The translations under genes and the position numbers were made by a program. A DNA stretch of 64,000 bases from Candidatus Hydrogenedentota bacterium (GTDB lineage Bacteria; Hydrogenedentota; Hydrogenedentia; Hydrogenedentales; SLHB01): positions 32,001 through 96,000 of the forward strand of contig CAXXTH010000017.1 in NCBI GenBank assembly GCA_963668025.2, read 5' to 3'. A model generated the notes under the pieces. It was given only the letters and a program-made list of their open reading frames with translations. It was not told the DNA's origin and did not search any database. The number at the start of each line of letters is the position of its first letter. Position 1 is the first letter of the stretch. Positions 58,638 to 64,000 of this stretch are shown here, piece by piece.

Positions 58638-59329
58638 GAGTTTTCCTTGTCTATTAAGTGATTGCACCGGATTTCCCGTTCCGCCAAGGCGCGGCCCGCG
58701 CCCGTGTGAAAAGCTTGGCGCGCCCACGCCGCGCCGTCGGCCTCCAGTGTTTCGCTTCCTTCCATCAGCCGCGCCAGGCGGGCGGCGTCGGACACAATAC
58801 TGGCCTCCGGGGTCTCCGGTGCGTTGTTGCGGCATGCGGCCAGCGTGTCCCGGATGGCCTCGGCCAATCCGGTCTCGGCGCGCTGGCGTTCCAGGATGCG
58901 CCCGGCGCGGCATCCTTCTGGCTCATCCAACTCGAGCAACACCGCCGCTGATTTCACCACCGGCGCGTTGCCTCCCTCGATGGCTAGAATCTCTTCCGCG
59001 CGGTCGAGGGTATTCAGGGCGCGTTCGATACGGCGGCGGTCATCGCCGAGTGCGGTCTTCATCTCGACGATCAGCCGATCCCGAAGCGAACCGTCTTCGC
59101 TGTCCTTTTGCGCAAGCGCGCCGAGGCATTCCTTGGCCGACTTGCACCACTTCGCGCAGCCCAGGTCGAGGCGCGGATTGCGCACGGAATGGCCGCAGCC
59201 GCGGCAGGTGTGCGCGGGCTCATCCTTCCAGAATTCGATTTCGGCGGCGCACCATGGGCATGCCATGAGGAATATATCTTCAGGTTTCCAGTTGCGTTGG
59301 TCCTGTCCAGGACATCGAAGATGAGGCAT
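58634..59329 (-). CDS. Cys-rich N-terminal domain fused to a degenerate HD-like domain
   Basis: RCPGQD...CPWC...EFWKDE...CRGC...GCAKWCKSAKEC; the HD position reads AAVLLEL. Confidence 0.75.
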   Translation of the reverse strand: MPHLRCPGQDQRNWKPEDIFLMACPWCAAEIEFWKDEPAHTCRGCGHSVRNPRLDLGCAKWCKSAKECLGALAQKDSEDGSLRDRLIVEMKTALGDDRRRIERALNTLDRAEEILAIEGGNAPVVKSAAVLLELDEPEGCRAGRILERQRAETGLAEAIRDTLAACRNNAPETPEASIVSDAARLARLMEGSETLEADGAAWARQAFHTGAGRALAEREIRCNHLIDKENS

Positions 59330-59407
59330 GGCGCTCTCCTTATTGTGCCTATGCAATTCCGTTTTTTTCACTACAAGACACAAAGGAAAACACCATTTTT
59401 TCTCTAC

Positions 59408-60202
59408 CTATGCCGCGCCGGGCAGGATGGACTCGAACGTCTTGCCGAATATCCACTCCATCTGTTCGGGGGTGAAACCATGTTTCTCGAAGATCCGCTT
59501 GCTCAGTTCATACGTGGGCTTGAGGGGCAGTTGGGGGTGGTCCGACCCAAACATGATGCGCTTTGGCCCGAGTTTCTTGAGGACGAACATAAATTGCTCC
59601 TCGAAAGGCGTCTCGAAGAAATACGTGAGCGCGGCGGAGACATCCAGGTAGACGCGGTCGTTGGCGGTGGCCACGGCGAGGGCGTCGAGGTAACGGAAGC
59701 CGCCCGAGTGGGTCATGATGATCTTCGCCTGGGGCACGCGCTTGCAGAGGACATCGATATTCATGGGCATTTGCACGGCGAGAGGCGTGGGTTTCCAGAG
59801 ATAGGCGTCCACGGCCACGGGCAAATCGAGTTCGGCGGCTTTCTCGACCAGGGGCACGATGCGCGGATCCGCGGCGGAAACGCCTTGGAATCGGGGATGG
59901 AGTTTGAGGCCCTGGAGATTATAGCGGTGCACATCTTCTTCGAGGCGTTTAGGCGCTTCAGGTTCGAGGGGGTGTATGGCCGCAAATCCGATGAATTTAT
60001 CCGGGTGTTTGGCGCAGCATTCGGCCACGAAGGCGTTCTCAACACTTTTGATATAGGGCACATCCACCGCTTCACCGAGAAGCACGGCCTTGTCGACCTC
60101 GCACGATGCAAGGTTTTCCAGCATGAATTCGAGGGTGGCGTCATAGCGGCTGCCCATGCCGTCGCGGTCGGGGTGGACGTGGGTGTGTACATCAATGATC
60201 AT
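59408..60202 (-). CDS. Amidohydrolase_2 family protein
   Basis: IDVHTH, GLKLHP, THSGG and FGSDHP motifs. Confidence 0.92.
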   Translation of the reverse strand: MIIDVHTHVHPDRDGMGSRYDATLEFMLENLASCEVDKAVLLGEAVDVPYIKSVENAFVAECCAKHPDKFIGFAAIHPLEPEAPKRLEEDVHRYNLQGLKLHPRFQGVSAADPRIVPLVEKAAELDLPVAVDAYLWKPTPLAVQMPMNIDVLCKRVPQAKIIMTHSGGFRYLDALAVATANDRVYLDVSAALTYFFETPFEEQFMFVLKKLGPKRIMFGSDHPQLPLKPTYELSKRIFEKHGFTPEQMEWIFGKTFESILPGAA

Positions 60203-60235
60203 GGCGTGAATCCTTCGCGTTTGTTGGCTCAATTA

Positions 60236-60293
60236 TGGCCACAAAAAGCGCAAGCGACACAAAATCTTGTGCGTTTTGCGCTTCTTGTGGCCA
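60236..60293. repeat. Intergenic palindrome (GCCACAAAA family)
   Basis: tggccacaaaaagcgcaagcgacacaaaa / tcttgtgcgttttgcgcttcttgtggcca; related half-site at 45010-45037. Confidence 0.75.
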
Positions 60294-60306
60294 AAAAATA
60301 TTCCCT

Positions 60307-61467
60307 TCAGTCTCCGTGTGGAGCATGCGGTTTTGGCTTACCGCCCGCGTATTCGATGTGGCAGCAGCCTTGGCAAATACAGAAGAGCGACTTTCGGACG
60401 CGCTTGCGAAAGGCGCGCATTGATTCGTTATTCCATAAGCTGGCGATGGAATTCTCACGCACATTGCCTACTTTATGAATAAAACACGGATATACATCGC
60501 CTTGCGCGCCCACGTAGAGATTGGTCCATGCGGAGTGGCAGGTGAACAGGCTGACATCGGAGCCGCCATTATGGTAGCGGAGGATCTCGCGCTGGGGCAT
60601 GTCGGGCAGGCGCAGTTCGATGCCCGCTTCTTCGGCGGCTTCGCGCGTGCGCACGAGGGCCTTTTCGAGCCGCACCGGGTGGATATGGGGCAGCGCCGAC
60701 TCGGCGGGACACAGTGTTTCGGGATTTATTTCGCCCAAACCTTCGAGGCTGGGAAACGTGACTTCCATGGTGAGGTTCAGCGCGTCCACGCCGATGGGTG
60801 CCAGAAGTGCGGGCAGTTCGGGCAAGATATCTAAATTTTCTTCTTGGATCACGGCGGTGACGTGGAGCATGGGGCATGGCTTGCCCGATTCCCGCCGGAA
60901 ACGCGCCAAAGCCTTCAAGCCGTTCATGGTTTGCTCGAAGGCCCCTTCGCGCCCCCGGATGGCGTCATGGCGCTCTCCAATCCCATCGATGCTGACGCCC
61001 AAAAAACACAAGCCACGGCCCGTAAGGTGGCGGGGCGCCAGCTCAACGCAGAACCGCGCGCGGTCCTCATCGAGGAGCGTGCCGTTGCTGATGACATGCG
61101 TGCGGCGGCGCTGGCTGGCATAGGCGAGGATGTCCGCGAAATCTTTCCGCACCCATGGCTCGCCGCCAGTGAAGGTGATGAGGCTCCATGGGCTTGTCTG
61201 ATCAACGAGCCCGCGCCACTCGTCCCCCGAGAGTTCGGCGTCCGCTTGATCTCCGGCGGGATGCCGTTCAAACCAATCCTTATACTGGCACATGCGGCAG
61301 CGTAGATTGCAGCGGCGCGTAACCTCGAAGAAATAGTGCCATGCGGGAAAAGCGTGTCCCGTAGGAACAAAATAATACGGAAATGCGCTATGCAGGCGCA
61401 TGAACCACCGGTAGAGCCGGGCGGAACTCCATTGAAATAAACGTTTTTTAAAAGCCATGGCCTTCAT
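60307..61467 (-). CDS. Radical SAM protein with SPASM/twitch domain
   Basis: CNLRCRMC, TGGEP, GDVYPC and CICQGCC motifs; start uncertain. Confidence 0.92.
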   Translation of the reverse strand: MKAMAFKKRLFQWSSARLYRWFMRLHSAFPYYFVPTGHAFPAWHYFFEVTRRCNLRCRMCQYKDWFERHPAGDQADAELSGDEWRGLVDQTSPWSLITFTGGEPWVRKDFADILAYASQRRRTHVISNGTLLDEDRARFCVELAPRHLTGRGLCFLGVSIDGIGERHDAIRGREGAFEQTMNGLKALARFRRESGKPCPMLHVTAVIQEENLDILPELPALLAPIGVDALNLTMEVTFPSLEGLGEINPETLCPAESALPHIHPVRLEKALVRTREAAEEAGIELRLPDMPQREILRYHNGGSDVSLFTCHSAWTNLYVGAQGDVYPCFIHKVGNVRENSIASLWNNESMRAFRKRVRKSLFCICQGCCHIEYAGGKPKPHAPHGD

Positions 61468-61685
61468 CCGTATGTTGCCAATTTTGGGGAGTATACACGA
61501 TGCCATCCAAGAATGCCCCACGTTGCCGAGGCCGCGAGATGAAGCGTAAGGCGGCAACATGATAATAGGGCCATTTATTCAAGTATACGGTTTTCCCCGC
61601 TGCAAAATCACAAATCCTAACTCTACAGGGGGTGCCCTGGATTCATATTCTAAGTGCCTTTTTTTATTTCCACCTTGTTGAAAAA

Positions 61686-63171
61686 CAGGAATTCCCCCAA
61701 GAAATGGTGGTTTATAACTGCAACTAATTGTATTGAATAGAGTTACCCGTCTATAGAAGTGTCCTTGTCGAATTTTGGGGGATCTTTCGTCAAGTTGAAA
61801 CGGCCTCCCTGGTGCGAGAGAATCTTGGTGTGAAAAGCCACAACTCCAACGCAATCAAGGAGGACCGCGGATGAATGCTACCAGAGTTGCTCGAAACTTG
61901 CGAGTTCGCATAGGGCGATTTTCGGGGGATCTCTCGAAAGGCCTTTGTGTAGCGGCCCAACGCTTCGTTTCCCAGATGGTGTACGGCATTCAGGCTTCCG
62001 AATCGGTGCTGCTCACGGAGATAGGCCGAACCCTGGGGGAGGACATTCCCCTGCGCAAAACGCACAACCGGCTATCGAGGAATTTGCAGCGGCCCGAGTT
62101 GGAAGAAACCATCCAGGAAAACGTGCTGCGCATGGCATCGAGCCGGGTGGCGCAGGACACGCTGCTCCTTATTGACCCTTCGGATCTTTCCAAGAAGTAC
62201 GCCCAAAAGATGGAGTATATGGCCACGGTGCATGACGGCAGCGCGCACGATTTGGCCCAGGGGTATTGGACGCTTCACATCGCCGGGTGCGGGGTGGATT
62301 CCGATGGCATGATTCCATTGTATCAGCGGTTATGGTCCGCCGATGCGCCGGGCTTTACCAGCGAGAATGACGAGATTTTGCGCGGGATAGATGCGGTGGC
62401 GGCGCACGTGGGCCGCCGTGGCTTGTGGGTCATGGACCGTGGCGGAGACCGCATCCACCTGCTTGATGCCTTGCTGGACCGCCAGCTACGGTTTCTTTTC
62501 CGACTGGTGGGCAACCGGAATGTGCTTCACAAAGGACAGTTGATGCTGGCGGAGGAAGCCGCGGGCAAATGCCCCATGATGCACTCCCAAACCATAGCAC
62601 GCATCGAAGAGGGAGAAGAGAAGGTGTACACCTTGCATTTTGGATATTGCGGAATCCGCCTGCCCGAACGTCCAGAACCCCTGTATTTACTGGTGATTCG
62701 CGGTTTTGGAGCCAAACCCCTCCTGTTGCTGACCAATGAGCCTCTGTCCAAAAGCTACAAATGCCTGTGGCGCATGGTCCGCGCCTACCTCAAACGATGG
62801 AGTATCGAAGAAACCATTCGCTACGCCAAGACCTGCTATGACCTCGAGAACGTCCGGGTGCTGAACTACCAAGGCCTGCAAAACTTAATGCCGCTGGTGT
62901 TGGCCGCGATGTATTTCGCGGCCTGCGTGCTCGACAACGATTCCCGCTTACGGGTGATGGCTGGTTTTGTAGAAAAGGCCGCCAAACGCCTCTTCGGCAT
63001 CCCTGATTTCAAGTACTACGCCCTCGCCGACGGATTGCGCGCCATCCTCACACGCTGCCCGGGAGCCCCCGTGACGCCCTGTACAATCTCCCAAACAGTC
63101 CCAGATGGCCCTGTTTGCATTCGATTCCTCATGAAAGCAGTTCCCCTATGAATATTTTGGGGGAACTCCTG
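61686..63171 (+). mobile_element. IS4-family insertion sequence
   Basis: TIRs caggaattcccccaag / ttttgggggaactcctg; no TSD seen. Confidence 0.85.
61871..63151 (+). CDS. IS4-family DDE transposase, possibly frameshifted near the C-terminus
   Basis: IDPSD, MDRGGD and YLKRWSIEETIRYAK (YREK) motifs. Confidence 0.9.
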   Translation: MNATRVARNLRVRIGRFSGDLSKGLCVAAQRFVSQMVYGIQASESVLLTEIGRTLGEDIPLRKTHNRLSRNLQRPELEETIQENVLRMASSRVAQDTLLLIDPSDLSKKYAQKMEYMATVHDGSAHDLAQGYWTLHIAGCGVDSDGMIPLYQRLWSADAPGFTSENDEILRGIDAVAAHVGRRGLWVMDRGGDRIHLLDALLDRQLRFLFRLVGNRNVLHKGQLMLAEEAAGKCPMMHSQTIARIEEGEEKVYTLHFGYCGIRLPERPEPLYLLVIRGFGAKPLLLLTNEPLSKSYKCLWRMVRAYLKRWSIEETIRYAKTCYDLENVRVLNYQGLQNLMPLVLAAMYFAACVLDNDSRLRVMAGFVEKAAKRLFGIPDFKYYALADGLRAILTRCPGAPVTPCTISQTVPDGPVCIRFLMKAVPL

Positions 63172-63207
63172 GCGCTTTTTACACTTGACAAAAAACAGAT
63201 TAACAGA

Positions 63208-63715
63208 TTATCTTGTATCCACGTCCAAAATCCAAGGCTCATAAAGCAACGGCTCATAACAGCGGCGCAGGTGCTTCTGTAGCCAGCCCGCGCAGGCTTC
63301 CCCGTCCGCCAGTATAAATGCCCGCCGCGCCGAGGAGGCGCTCATGATCTTGCTCATCCCCCAGCAAGCCCGGGTTCACCGCGTCGTAACGGACCGCGTC
63401 AATGTGCGCATAGCGCGTGTGGCCCGCCAGCACTGATAAAAATAGCGTGCCCAGCACATCCCTCTTGCGCGGCGCATTATTGCTGGCGGACGCCAGCGGA
63501 CAGTCCTCCACCCACGCTTCAAAAAGCTCCGCCGTCTTGAGAAAATCGATAAAGAACGCCAACTGGCCAAACGGCGTCGTTGCCGCCTCCCGGTCCCATT
63601 CCACATGCACCCGGCCCCCGTAGCTATCTACGAAAATCGGCGCCTCCAAAGACAACCATTCCTCCTCTCCCAATGGGGGAGCATCTTGCTGTTGCGATTC
63701 TGTTTCCATGTTCAT
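63208..63715 (-). pseudogene. IS1380-like transposase remnant (frameshifted and truncated)
   Basis: GGRVHVEWD...TPFGQLAFF...LSVLAGHTRYAHI; frameshift in a G run near 63360, then ...EPWILDVDTR*. Confidence 0.8.
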
Positions 63716-63897
63716 TATCTTGAACTACTTCCAGCTCGACACTCAAGATTCAACTGGCGTTTTTAGGTTGAATAGCCCATCTGGCTTGGATGGGATGCAG
63801 CGGTGAAGAACCGCTTTTTTTTCGCGTAGAAGCAGTTGAATGAGTTGAGGATGCGCCGGTGCGGGGAGTTTTTTCTTCGCATCGGCGCTTTTTTTTG

Positions 63898-63933
63898 TTG
63901 ACTTCTGGTACGGAAGTATATATACTTCCGTAC
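63898..63933 (+). promoter_or_regulatory. Promoter overlapped by a perfect 26-bp palindrome
   Basis: TTGACT-N17-TATACT; gtacggaagtata|tatacttccgtac at 63908-63933, directly before ATG. Confidence 0.75.
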
Positions 63934-63999
63934 ATGGAAGGGAAACCTGTCACGAACTCGGCGGGACGCAAGGTCCAGGCGCGCCTGGCGCGTCTGGGG
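63934..63999 (+). CDS. Start of a probable leaderless small gene, runs off the window edge
   Basis: MEGKPVTNSAGRKVQARLARLG...; ATG 7 nt after the -10 box. Confidence 0.45.
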   Translation, partial: MEGKPVTNSAGRKVQARLARLG

Positions 64000-64000
64000 C

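Noticed and set aside
63168-63179. cctggcgctttt shared by the right junctions of the IS4 element and ISAs1 (37403-37414)
   Set aside because: Different IS families, four of the bases belong to the TIRs, and the IS4 element has no matching left duplication; chance cannot be excluded.

Overview
A 64-kb chromosomal window from a GC-rich diderm bacterium (it encodes TolC). The secreted EF-hand/dockerin protein and the Gly-Gly-Cys-tailed secreted protein suggest Candidatus Hydrogenedentota, but this is inference only. The backbone is housekeeping: uppP, gap-pgk, rpsO-pnp-M16 peptidase-dut, bcp, ybaB-fmt-rsmB-PASTA-rpe, sufBCDSU and nadA. Accessory DNA interrupts it repeatedly: (i) an AT-rich TIGR04255 operon next to a decayed phage giant-protein gene at the left end; (ii) single AT-rich genes placed at operon junctions (NDT-like, DUF4238, GxxExxY, DUF6338 plus a poly-Pro peptide); (iii) a complete ISAs1 with TIRs and a 9-bp TSD, an IS4-family element with two ~100-bp derivatives, and an IS1380-like remnant; (iv) several families of intergenic palindromic repeats. 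The strongest candidate for an undescribed system is the GxxExxY (PD-(D/E)XK-like) gene inside the suf operon. It is bracketed by two inverted-repeat units built from one ~33-bp sequence, and a solo copy of that sequence lies ~38 kb away, which recalls the RAYT/REPIN arrangement. I also found several small or partial ORFs the supplied track missed (2-283, 905-1081, 9803-9955, 55633-55755, 63934-end). All family assignments come from recognising motifs by eye; no database searches were run. No rRNA, tRNA or CRISPR array was recognised.
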